DNA from: Treponemataceae bacterium
GTDB lineage: Bacteria > Spirochaetota > Spirochaetia > Treponematales > Rectinemataceae
Reading direction: 5' to 3'
DNA: 64,000 bases
Assembly: GCA_963678065.2 (NCBI GenBank)
Contig: CAXXVZ010000003.1
Span: forward strand, 1,312,001 to 1,376,000
Positions 8,930 through 17,485 of the stretch are shown here, in pieces. The position numbers were made by a program, and so were the translations under genes. How positions within the stretch are numbered: position 1 is the stretch's first letter; each line of letters opens with the position of its first letter. The notes under the pieces are model-generated. The model saw nothing but the letters and a program-made list of their open reading frames with translations, was not told the DNA's origin and searched no databases.

Positions 8930-11862
8930 TGCCAGCTCCATCCGGCGTACACTTCTCCCATCGCTGCTGGCTTCTTCTGCTGATCCACCGCAAGCACAAG
9001 GAAGCGCGCGGCGCGCGCCAGTGTGGGCACGCCGAGGAGCTTCTTGATGCCCGCGTCGACGTGCTGCCCGGCCCAAGCGTCGAGCGTCACAGGATCACTC
9101 GCCATGCGGAGCGCAAACTCCGCGAGCCAGATCGAGTGTTCAGGGCCGGTGACCTGAGTGCGGCGTAGCAAGGTTACCCCAGGCAATCGTGATTTCCCAA
9201 TAATCTCTAATTGGTCTTTACTTGACTGTACGAGCCGAAAGTCTTCGGCCATCGAGGCGAGCATTGCAGCCCGCTTCGAGGACGGATCATCAGCGAGTGG
9301 CCTGTACTCAAGTTGAAGCTTTTCACCGAACCCAAGCTCATACCCCTTGTCGGAGATGCACCGCTTCAACTCTACGAGTCCACATTCGTCCTTGAGTTTG
9401 GACTCCGCAATCGCCCATGCACGCCCTCCGATGAGCGACAAGATGTTAGCGGTGAATGCACGAATCACAATTCTGCGGCGTTGACGAGCGATAGGATCTC
9501 CTGGAAGTCGCGCCGTTCCCCAGAGCCGTGCGGCCGATATCAACTTTGCAACGGACTCCGACGTACGCTCTGCTGTGTCGATCTGCGGCTCACACTGCAG
9601 GTCCGTCATATCCTTTACGATCGGCGGGACGATGATCGCCGCTTTGAGGTCACCAAGTGTTGCGACGTAGAGGCCGCCAGCAGATGTCGTATACTCCGCG
9701 TTCTGCGGCTGCCTCTCTCCGATGGTTGGCCGCTCGAAAGTGTAGCGCTCAATGATAGGGACGCCGCTGCCGGCATCGTCGTGCAGGCGAACGATAAAGC
9801 TAGAGGAGTGCTTCCGTAGAGACCACCGTAGTGGTGTGAACGCACGCTCACAGCGGAACGTAAAGACACCGAGTTCTTCAGCGTAGAATTCGAGTTCGCA
9901 GACGTGAGCATCGTCAAAGGCGTGTTGTGCGTTCTTGTCCTCCTTGATGTGTGCTTCGAAGTATTGCGTCCACTCCTCATTAGTGAGGGGTAGCTTCACA
10001 GAGGATAGCCGTCGCTCGAACGACGGAACTTCTCTCTCGCGTGTGAACATTTTAACGCGGCACTGGACCTGACGCCCTGCGGGCCCACGAATCACTACAG
10101 TGACCTTCCCCTCCCAGAGCTGCTCAAGTGATGGCGTAGCTGGATCAAACTCGATGTCGATGGGGCCATTCGTGGTCACCCCCTGCGACCACGGTCGCGT
10201 CTCTCTCACACGCATGACGACGTCGAGATCGCCGATCACTTCGGCCCTAGCGCCGCTCCCGCTACGCGCCGCGACGCTGAACTTGTGGAGCCCAACCTGG
10301 AGCCGCGGCAACTCGATGAAGATCGGTTCACCGGGTGACGTATCAGTCAGCGTCAACGAGAGCGCCGGGTCGTCTCTTATCGCGATGGTCAGCTCGTCGA
10401 TCGTGTAATCCGAGCGAATCGCGAGGATCGGTGTCTCAGATGCCAGCCACTCGCCGTGGCCCTCGCCGTCCCACGCGACCGCCGCCAGACCAGCGGGCCA
10501 TACCTCGATCGATTTCGCCTGAGTGACTTGGAACTGCTGTAGCGCCTGCTCCCACTCGAGCGTGAGCGCGGGCGGTACGTCGAGGAGCAAGGAATACGCG
10601 CCTTGGCACATGAGCTCGACAGGGCGTACGAGGATCGAGTGGGCGAACGGATTGGTGCTCATAAGGAGGTACTTCGAGCCCGCTCGGACGCGCATGCTCC
10701 GAGATTCGTATGCGAGACCGTCGCTCGCGATCTTGAAGAGCCATGACGAGCCCGGGCGGAGCATGCACTCCGTGCGTAGCAAGAACTCGAGCTGTGGCTC
10801 CATCCGCTCGAACTTGAGCAACACCTCGCCAAGATGAGGCCAAGTGTTGAGCAAAACCCGCCGTGAGCCGTGCAAGAAACACTCCCGTGCCAGCGGACGT
10901 CCGGCCGTGCCCGCAATAGTGCATCGCGACTCTGTTAAGACATCACGGGCCTGTGGAAATCGGCCGAGTAGATGCGAGAGGTCTGGGATTTCCAGCAAGA
11001 CCTCCCATCGCGAACCTCCGATCGGCCGGAGAACGAAGCGCGGTTCTATGCCGAGCCGCTCGATCTCTGCGTGCGCCTCGTCGCGGTGCTGGAATGTCAT
11101 CGCCGTCGGTCTATCGATGGCCAACCCTCGAATCTTCGCTCGCTCCTCGGCCGTATGGCGAGCGCCAAGTAGCCATTCGCGGCCACGACGCTCGAGAGCT
11201 AGGTCGTCACCTATGCGCTGGAGCGTCATCGGGTGGAGCAGCGGCCTGAAGCCTTCCTTCCCCTGGAGGAGGAGCGCGGCGGCGATCTGGCCTACGAGTG
11301 CCGGAGCCTGTACGAAGTTCCGGAAGCGTGCGGAGGTTCGCCAACTCCGGGCTGCGATGAGGTCCCCTAGGCGTTGCGGTTCTTCGAAAAGTTCGGCCGA
11401 GAACCAGTACCGAGAATCGTAGAGAACTTGGGCGAGGTGCCGCTGCAGATCGCGTGGGAGGATCGCGTGCGTGATAGGCCAGGCGATGATCGAGAACTGC
11501 TCTGCCCACGGCCCTGTTGGCTTGGCCCCCGCAAACTTCTTCTGGAAAGCGATGAAGGCGTCCCGAAGCCAGTCACGCCAGATGATCGTCCAGCCAGGCG
11601 TCTGCTTCTCGAAGGTCTGCCAATACTCATCACCCGCGTAGTCATACCCAATCTCGGTGGCGTAGACGATCCACGCGAGCATGTGATCATGCAGAGGTCG
11701 TAACTGGCGAATGTGCGCACGGACCCCCTCCGACAACTCCTGGACCTCGGTGGGCGTGAGGCCATGCTCAAGCGCGAAGACAGGGATGTCCTTTCGGATC
11801 CTCGCGAGTTCGCTGAAGTGCGATTCTAGCTTCTGGTTCCACGCCCTCAAGTCCATCGGCAT
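8926..11862 (-). CDS. Large hypothetical protein, 978 aa; positional equivalent of Druantia DruF
   Basis: Long clean ORF coupled to the next gene. Conserved-looking N-terminus (YATEIGYDYAGDEYW...WPITHAILP). Family assignment is by context only. Confidence 0.7.
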   Translation of the reverse strand: MPMDLRAWNQKLESHFSELARIRKDIPVFALEHGLTPTEVQELSEGVRAHIRQLRPLHDHMLAWIVYATEIGYDYAGDEYWQTFEKQTPGWTIIWRDWLRDAFIAFQKKFAGAKPTGPWAEQFSIIAWPITHAILPRDLQRHLAQVLYDSRYWFSAELFEEPQRLGDLIAARSWRTSARFRNFVQAPALVGQIAAALLLQGKEGFRPLLHPMTLQRIGDDLALERRGREWLLGARHTAEERAKIRGLAIDRPTAMTFQHRDEAHAEIERLGIEPRFVLRPIGGSRWEVLLEIPDLSHLLGRFPQARDVLTESRCTIAGTAGRPLARECFLHGSRRVLLNTWPHLGEVLLKFERMEPQLEFLLRTECMLRPGSSWLFKIASDGLAYESRSMRVRAGSKYLLMSTNPFAHSILVRPVELMCQGAYSLLLDVPPALTLEWEQALQQFQVTQAKSIEVWPAGLAAVAWDGEGHGEWLASETPILAIRSDYTIDELTIAIRDDPALSLTLTDTSPGEPIFIELPRLQVGLHKFSVAARSGSGARAEVIGDLDVVMRVRETRPWSQGVTTNGPIDIEFDPATPSLEQLWEGKVTVVIRGPAGRQVQCRVKMFTREREVPSFERRLSSVKLPLTNEEWTQYFEAHIKEDKNAQHAFDDAHVCELEFYAEELGVFTFRCERAFTPLRWSLRKHSSSFIVRLHDDAGSGVPIIERYTFERPTIGERQPQNAEYTTSAGGLYVATLGDLKAAIIVPPIVKDMTDLQCEPQIDTAERTSESVAKLISAARLWGTARLPGDPIARQRRRIVIRAFTANILSLIGGRAWAIAESKLKDECGLVELKRCISDKGYELGFGEKLQLEYRPLADDPSSKRAAMLASMAEDFRLVQSSKDQLEIIGKSRLPGVTLLRRTQVTGPEHSIWLAEFALRMASDPVTLDAWAGQHVDAGIKKLLGVPTLARAARFLVLAVDQQKKPAAMGEVYAGWSWQ

Positions 11863-12143
11863 CGATTCACTTCCCGAGTTTCGTGATATGTACTACTCGT
11901 CGCTCGAGATCGAATGGGACATACGACTACGCTATCCTCGAGAGATAGCCGTATAGATGTCCAAAAGCTCATTCATCATATCAGCCCTAACAGATCTGGA
12001 CAGCTCAATGCTAATATACAGTGGCATTATACCCCAAGCTGTCACGACGGCGGAAGTGCCAATCGAGGTACCATTGCACCATCGCCCATGTCGCTGTGAC
12101 TTGGGGTGCGCGAGGCCGCAGCCGCGAGTGCTCCTAGGGGGCC

Positions 12144-14183
12144 TCACATTTGTTCGTCAGACAGGGGCTGTTGAGTCGGCGTGTATGGACGCGGAACGCG
12201 TGCTCCATGGGTAATGGGTCGAACGCATGTGTGGCGCGAGACCTCTGCGAGCACCTCGTCTTTAGTAATCCGTTGCCTTAGCCATCGCTCTTGCCACCAT
12301 GCGACAATCGCCTCCGTAGCAGCAGGTCCATTTTTGACTGGGATGATGTAGTCTGGTCGCTTGGCGAGGCCGATGAGGTAATCGTCGAGGTTTCTGATCA
12401 AACTCACTGCGTAAATCACGCGTGGCCGGTAGTGCCGCAGGAGAATCTTGGAGGGCAAATTCAGCAGATCGAGCGCTTGCCTCACCTTGCGGAGCTTCGG
12501 GCTCACGCCCTCCCCAAAGATGCTGTTCACTCGATGCGCGTCAGACTGCTGCACGAGATCGACGAGGGCATCGACGGTCTCCTCCGAGTACTGTGAGGTA
12601 CCGAAGGCCTCGGAGTGCCCCAACTCCTTGTAACGGATGACCTCTCCGACGGCGCCACTGAGGGGTTCAGCGGGAATATTTATGCGGTTGTATTGACTCG
12701 ACCCGACGCCATAGAGTGATGTGGTCCCGAGAAGCACTAGCTTCGCCGCTCGAATGATAGGCCTCCCTGCGATGGAGGAGGCGATCTCGCTCTCAGCCCG
12801 TGCGTAGCGGCGATAATAGTGATGTACCACTTCGGGGCTCGTTGCTAACATCGCGGTGAGTTTCCCACCTAGAAGTGCATTATAGGGCTGCACCGCACCA
12901 CATACGGTGATGTCCGCGACTACGATGCCGATCCGATCGGCTTTCGCCTTCTTTAGTACACTTCGGATCATGTCTCTCCCGTAGCCGGTCGCAGCCAATT
13001 CGGCAAGCTTCTCTGCCGTCGGCTTGCCGTCAAACGCTTTATTGAGGACCGCACGCGCGTGCAGATATGTCTCGAGAGAGAATGCGCGCTTACTGCGGAA
13101 CAGGTGGGTTCGGGCCTGCGCGACCCAGTACTCGCCTCCTGTAGGTTCGGCACGCTTGCGTTTAAAGTCCCGCGAACGCTCGTAACGATAGTGCATTCTT
13201 CGCTGTTCCGCCCCCTCAAACCTGAGTCGTTCGAGCGCCTCAGATGATGGAGTTGTGAGGTCTCGGGTCGAGATGATCTTGTCCTCTAGTAGGTCATCGA
13301 CATATACTTCAGCAATCGCAGTGTCGAGTGTATCGAGAAGCCATTTAGCGAGTTCCCGCGTCGGTTCGCGCTGCACACGCTCTATGAAGGTGTCGGGATG
13401 CCACCCGATCCACGAATCCCGTTCACGGAGCTGCATGATTGGACTACCCAGCGCCCCGATCCCCATCACCGGGTGGTTGGCGGCGGCGCGGTCGCGGACG
13501 AGGAACATCATCATCCGGCCCGGCACACTCGTGTACTGATTCGTCCATGTGTGACGGAAATATCGCCATATATTCATTAAGCGTAGGCCGGTGAATCTGC
13601 AGACGGCATCCTCCGACGTGACGAACTGAAGGTATGGGTCGATCACCTTGGCAAGCGCATCTTCACACCCGTTGTTGAGGTTTATGCGCGCCTCCCGCAA
13701 GCCGTCAGCGAGTTCGCGCCCATCCCGCATGAGCGAGTAGATTGAGACGTACCGTCCTTCGAAGAGTCGCTGCCGCTCCATCGAATCCAAGAAACGCTGC
13801 ACCGACGGTTGACTGAGCTGTGCATTCCGCTTGACCAGTTCTTGCCGGCGGACTCGCGCCTTCTCGGCAGTTCGGTCGGCCACGGGTTCTGGCGGCCTTA
13901 TCTCGACACGCTCCCCACGAACTCGGATGATCCACTGTTGTGCCGCAAGGTCGTTCACGACAAGCCCAACGGCCAGCAGTGCCTGTCGATCAGCACGTCT
14001 TGAGGTCTTTACCTCCGCGATGAACTCTGCACGGAGCTTCTCAATGGCCTCATCGGCGTGCTCGTCTAGGCGCACCGTTTCAAGCGCGCGTGCGTGCTTC
14101 ACGAAGGCGTCTCGCGAAGTCTTGCTCAGGAGCGGTGGCTTCAACGTGGTCCACAGAGTATCGATCGAAGTATTATTTGTCAT
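12144..14183 (-). CDS. druA: DUF4338 domain protein (Druantia DruA-like), 679 aa
   Basis: Motifs WRYFRHTW...VPGR, RDSWIGW, CGAVQPYNALLGGKL and TTSLYGVGSSQYNR, typical of DUF4338/DruA. Overlaps the ATPase stop by 11 bp. Confidence 0.7.
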   Translation of the reverse strand: MTNNTSIDTLWTTLKPPLLSKTSRDAFVKHARALETVRLDEHADEAIEKLRAEFIAEVKTSRRADRQALLAVGLVVNDLAAQQWIIRVRGERVEIRPPEPVADRTAEKARVRRQELVKRNAQLSQPSVQRFLDSMERQRLFEGRYVSIYSLMRDGRELADGLREARINLNNGCEDALAKVIDPYLQFVTSEDAVCRFTGLRLMNIWRYFRHTWTNQYTSVPGRMMMFLVRDRAAANHPVMGIGALGSPIMQLRERDSWIGWHPDTFIERVQREPTRELAKWLLDTLDTAIAEVYVDDLLEDKIISTRDLTTPSSEALERLRFEGAEQRRMHYRYERSRDFKRKRAEPTGGEYWVAQARTHLFRSKRAFSLETYLHARAVLNKAFDGKPTAEKLAELAATGYGRDMIRSVLKKAKADRIGIVVADITVCGAVQPYNALLGGKLTAMLATSPEVVHHYYRRYARAESEIASSIAGRPIIRAAKLVLLGTTSLYGVGSSQYNRINIPAEPLSGAVGEVIRYKELGHSEAFGTSQYSEETVDALVDLVQQSDAHRVNSIFGEGVSPKLRKVRQALDLLNLPSKILLRHYRPRVIYAVSLIRNLDDYLIGLAKRPDYIIPVKNGPAATEAIVAWWQERWLRQRITKDEVLAEVSRHTCVRPITHGARVPRPYTPTQQPLSDEQM

Positions 14184-15795
14184 TTAGGAATGCAGCCAAG
14201 ACGTTACTCCACTCAAGCCGATGCTTCGCGAGCGTGGGGACATCCCCGCGCGAGACAGCCTCGCTTCGTGCCGCTGCTAGAAGGAGCAATTCAAGCTTCG
14301 CGCGGAGTTGTGGATCACGAGGGGACCCGTTTTCAGAGAGGGGCTTGTATATTTCGCGATAGAAGGGATGGTCGGGGTTGAGCACGAGGACGAGACGGTC
14401 TCCATCTTGCGCGAGGGTGAAAAAGGATGTGTCCTTCACCGCGTGCTCAACGATACTGTACCGATCCTTTTCGTCGACGCGCTCTCGAAGCGCTGGGTGA
14501 CTTTCCTTCAACTCGTGCATCAAGGCCTTGGCTGTTGGATCGACGCTTTGCGGTAGTGGGCGGAGGAGGTGATCACGCTCGTTGGCTATGCGCTCCGCTT
14601 CGGAAAAGCGCTCGCTCGCCTTCACAGCCATGTGCGCCTTGCGTGCGCGGCTATTGAGGACCCGCGCCGTTGTCTCCAAGTCCGGCGTAAGCGCCTCCAA
14701 GAGGTGCGCTTGCGGACGCGCCTGCTGCTTGGTATGAGTGATGCCAAACGCTTCGTCGAGGATCGGATCGAACTGTACCTCACACCGCCACCAATCGTCG
14801 TAGTTCTCTCGGTGCTTGGTGCCCATGAAGAACCAACCATAGTCGACCTCGCGGCCGCCGCGCACGATGGAGATGCCAGCGCCTTTGGAAAGGCCGATGC
14901 GGCGCTTTTCGTCGTTGGAGAGTTTGTACCAAGCGTGGACCGGCAACTCCGAAAAGCGTACATGCACACAACCAGTCGTCCGCGAGTCGACAGGGTCGGC
15001 ACGCACCTCGAAGAGCATCTCCTCGCCGAAGAGTTGCGCGCCCGAGATCTCGGCTTTTGGGCTGAGGTAGAGCGGATCAAATGCCTCGATATTGTCCTCA
15101 TTGATCGTGATGCGCAGGCCTTTCCAGATAAAGTGCCGGAACCGCCGACCGAGTTCGACCTCAAGCTTGTGTACGATCGTGGAGATACGGCGATTATCGA
15201 GCCTGTCACACTGCGACCAGCACACGAGCGTCCCGGCGCTCCCGATGCAACCGCGCGGCGGCGCGCTCACGATCTGCGGTTCGGGGACTTCTGTCATCTC
15301 ACAGCGCATGATCTCATCGACGTCGAGGTAGGAGGAATACACGCATGGACACGACTCGTATCCACGCTGCACCCTACTCTTCGATGCCTGCCAGGTGAAG
15401 ACAGTGACCCTCCGCGCCTGGCTCAGCGAAGCGTTTGGGAGCCCCATCCCGTAGCGTCCGAGCCCTCGACGATCGCCGAAGCGAGTGCTGCCACCGAAAC
15501 GGAGCGCTTGACGCAACGTGGCCGAAGCCATCCCGCAGCCATTGTCGAGCACCGAGACCTCGATCTCCTTCTCCTCGTCGTCGTTAGCCTTGGCCATGAC
15601 GGAGATAGCGATACGTGTCGCACCCGCTTGGATGGAGTTATCGACGAGTTCGGAGATCGCGCTGGCGGTGCCTTTGTACCCAGAGTCGCGTGTCGCCTGG
15701 ATGAACTTATCGAGTGCGATGATCGAATATTGTTCCCGTAGCACCTCGTGTACAGTCTCCCTCGGCACGACTCGTTGCTGTAAGTTACGTGGCAT
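14173..15795 (-). CDS. GHKL (HSP90/MutL-like, prokaryotic MORC-type) ATPase, 540 aa
   Basis: Bergerat motifs ELVDNSIQA, DNGCGM, LGRYGMGL and GTLV. MORC-like RDSGY leader and S5-region GISIVRGGRE...LDEAFGITHTKQ. Confidence 0.8.
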   Translation of the reverse strand: MPRNLQQRVVPRETVHEVLREQYSIIALDKFIQATRDSGYKGTASAISELVDNSIQAGATRIAISVMAKANDDEEKEIEVSVLDNGCGMASATLRQALRFGGSTRFGDRRGLGRYGMGLPNASLSQARRVTVFTWQASKSRVQRGYESCPCVYSSYLDVDEIMRCEMTEVPEPQIVSAPPRGCIGSAGTLVCWSQCDRLDNRRISTIVHKLEVELGRRFRHFIWKGLRITINEDNIEAFDPLYLSPKAEISGAQLFGEEMLFEVRADPVDSRTTGCVHVRFSELPVHAWYKLSNDEKRRIGLSKGAGISIVRGGREVDYGWFFMGTKHRENYDDWWRCEVQFDPILDEAFGITHTKQQARPQAHLLEALTPDLETTARVLNSRARKAHMAVKASERFSEAERIANERDHLLRPLPQSVDPTAKALMHELKESHPALRERVDEKDRYSIVEHAVKDTSFFTLAQDGDRLVLVLNPDHPFYREIYKPLSENGSPRDPQLRAKLELLLLAAARSEAVSRGDVPTLAKHRLEWSNVLAAFLNDK

Positions 15796-15859
15796 CTCGT
15801 ATCCCCCTTCAGCGCCGCTGCCGAGTCAATGTCTTTTCGACGAAATTGGAGCGAACCCG

Positions 15860-16058
15860 TTGGCTCAAGGCTGTTCGGGTACTCGCGGATGGCCTCCACC
15901 TCCGCGCGCGTGAACAGGGCCTTCCAGACGCGCTAGCGTTTTCCCTGCAGGATCTTTCGGGTCACGTACCACCGCCATAACATCTGCCGTACCACGCTGG
16001 GCTCATGTTGAACACCCGCTACGGTGAAATACCAACGCCCTCGATCGTCCTCGACGAT
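15860..16058 (-). pseudogene. Degraded small HTH DNA-binding protein (MerR/excisionase-like)
   Basis: Manual translation IVEDDRGRWYFTVAGVQHEPSVVRQMLWRWYVTRKILQGKR*RVWKALFTRAEVEAIREYPNSLEP. In-frame TAG at 15933-15935 and no in-frame start. Confidence 0.5.
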
Positions 16059-16117
16059 TGCACATTATCGCCTACCGTTGCTCAAGGTCAACGGCGTCGC
16101 TTCTTCCTGACAACGAC

Positions 16118-16882
16118 TCAATGTTTCTTTTTTGTATTCGATAGGTTCCTGGCTTGTATCGAAGTCTTCTTTGTGAGGGTGAAGCTTCGGCTATACACCT
16201 CGTTTGGTGTAGCATACTCAAGGGATTGATGAAATCGTTCCTGGTTGAAAAAATTGAAGTAGTTGTCGACGGCGATCTTCAGATCCACGAGGGATTCGTA
16301 CGAGTTCAGGTAAATTTCTTCGTACTTCAGTGACCGCCAGGTCCGCTCGATATAGATGTTGTCCAAAGCCCGGTTGACGCCATCCATGCTGATCTGGATT
16401 CCTTTGGCTTCAAGGACGGATATGAAAGCCTCGGACGTGAACTGGCTCCCTTGGTCGGTGTTGAAGATCCCGGGAGTCCCGTGTACGGTAAGGGCTTCTT
16501 CCAGAGCATCGATGCAGAATCCTACATCCATCGTATTCGAGATTCGCCACGACAGAACCTTCCGTGAAAACAGGTCGATAATCGCCACGAGATAGACATG
16601 AGACCCATTCACCTTCAGGTAGGTCACATTCGTTGCCCATACATGGTTCGCTATCCATATTTTCTTGTCTCGCAATACATACGGGTACTTCTTGTGGTGT
16701 TTCGACGGTTTCGATAGATTCTTGCCGGGAAAGAGAGCCTTGAGTCCTGCCCGCTTCATGATCCGCCTGACCTGCTTGCGCGTGACCATCAGATCCTTAA
16801 GGGCACAGGCTATCCGCCGGTATCCATAGAACGGATGCTTGTTCAATTCTTCGAGAATTGACGTGAGTACGGCCATCCCCAC
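16118..16882 (-). pseudogene. IS3-family transposase OrfB fragment (rve core), catalytically mutated, with no OrfA
   Basis: PFYGYRRI, IIDLFSRKVL, NTDQGSQF, NIYIERTWRSLKYE, RFHQSL. The first DDE Asp reads N (VWATNVTY). Confidence 0.85.
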
Positions 16883-16885
16883 TCG

Positions 16886-17218
16886 TCATCCGACTTTACC
16901 GATCTGTAGCAATACGCTGACGCCCATGCTTGCGGCTTGGAGTCCGCGTCTCAGGTCGAGAAGATCACCACACTTGATCATAGCTATGGCACGTTTGGAG
17001 AAAACTGAGTCCTTGAGAATGTGTTTATCAAGGGGGGAGCCGCACTGACTCAGGTGGTTATGCCCGATGTCCTTCCCTTCCTGTCGGTAGCGGATGAAAT
17101 GCGGGCAGGTTTCGGGCTTGAAATATGGCGCAGCATACACGGCAAAGGATTGGGTAGTCTCCTCGGAGCTTTGTTGATCGATGAAGGTGCCCCACATCTG
17201 CGTCCTGACCGCGGCCAA
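16886..17218 (-). pseudogene. Tyrosine-recombinase/integrase N-terminal remnant
   Basis: FAVYAAPYF...CPHFIRYRQEGKDIG...LDKHILKD resembles the core-binding region of spirochaete phage integrases. No R-H-R-Y catalytic domain; lies next to a tRNA. Confidence 0.5.
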
Positions 17219-17231
17219 CAGGCCAGAATAC

Positions 17232-17267
17232 GAAAGAGCCCCGGATTTCTCCGGGGCTCTTTCTTTT
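17232..17267. terminator. Intrinsic terminator hairpin downstream of tRNA-Asn
   Basis: Perfect 14-bp stem GAAAGAGCCCCGGA-TTTC-TCCGGGGCTCTTTC with T-run on +. Confidence 0.75.
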
Positions 17268-17289
17268 TACCAGAAAATCACTTAATTAG

Positions 17290-17362
17290 CTCCCCCGCGC
17301 GGGTTCGAACCACGGACCCAGTGGTTAACAGCCACTTGCTCTGCCAGCTGAGCTACAGGGGA
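17290..17362 (-). tRNA. tRNA-Asn (GTT); CCA not encoded
   Basis: TCCCCTG-TAGCTCAGCTGGCAGAGC-A-AGTGG-CTGTTAA-CCACT-GGGTC-CGTGG-TTCGAAC-CCGCG-CGGGGGA-G; the cloverleaf pairs fully. Confidence 0.97.
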
Positions 17363-17386
17363 ACGCTTTCTTTCAAAAGCAAGGTG

Positions 17387-17415
17387 AATCTAGCAAAGCG
17401 CCGAAAAAAAGTCAA
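17387..17415 (-). promoter_or_regulatory. sigma70 promoter of tRNA-Asn
   Basis: TTGACT-17 bp-TAGATT with an extended TGn, ~25 bp upstream of the tRNA. Confidence 0.7.
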
Positions 17416-17485
17416 GACATTTCATCGATCCGGGATCGGGCCAGACAAAGGGGACGCGATCGTGCGGCGCCCGAAATCGGCGGTC

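Noticed and set aside
11863..12143. Retron msr/msd or CRISPR mini-array
   Set aside because: No reverse transcriptase or cas gene and no regularly spaced direct repeats. Kept only as a structured-spacer finding.
15933..15935. Amber read-through (pyrrolysine) in the HTH remnant
   Set aside because: The start codon is also lost and no pyl genes are seen; simple decay is more parsimonious.
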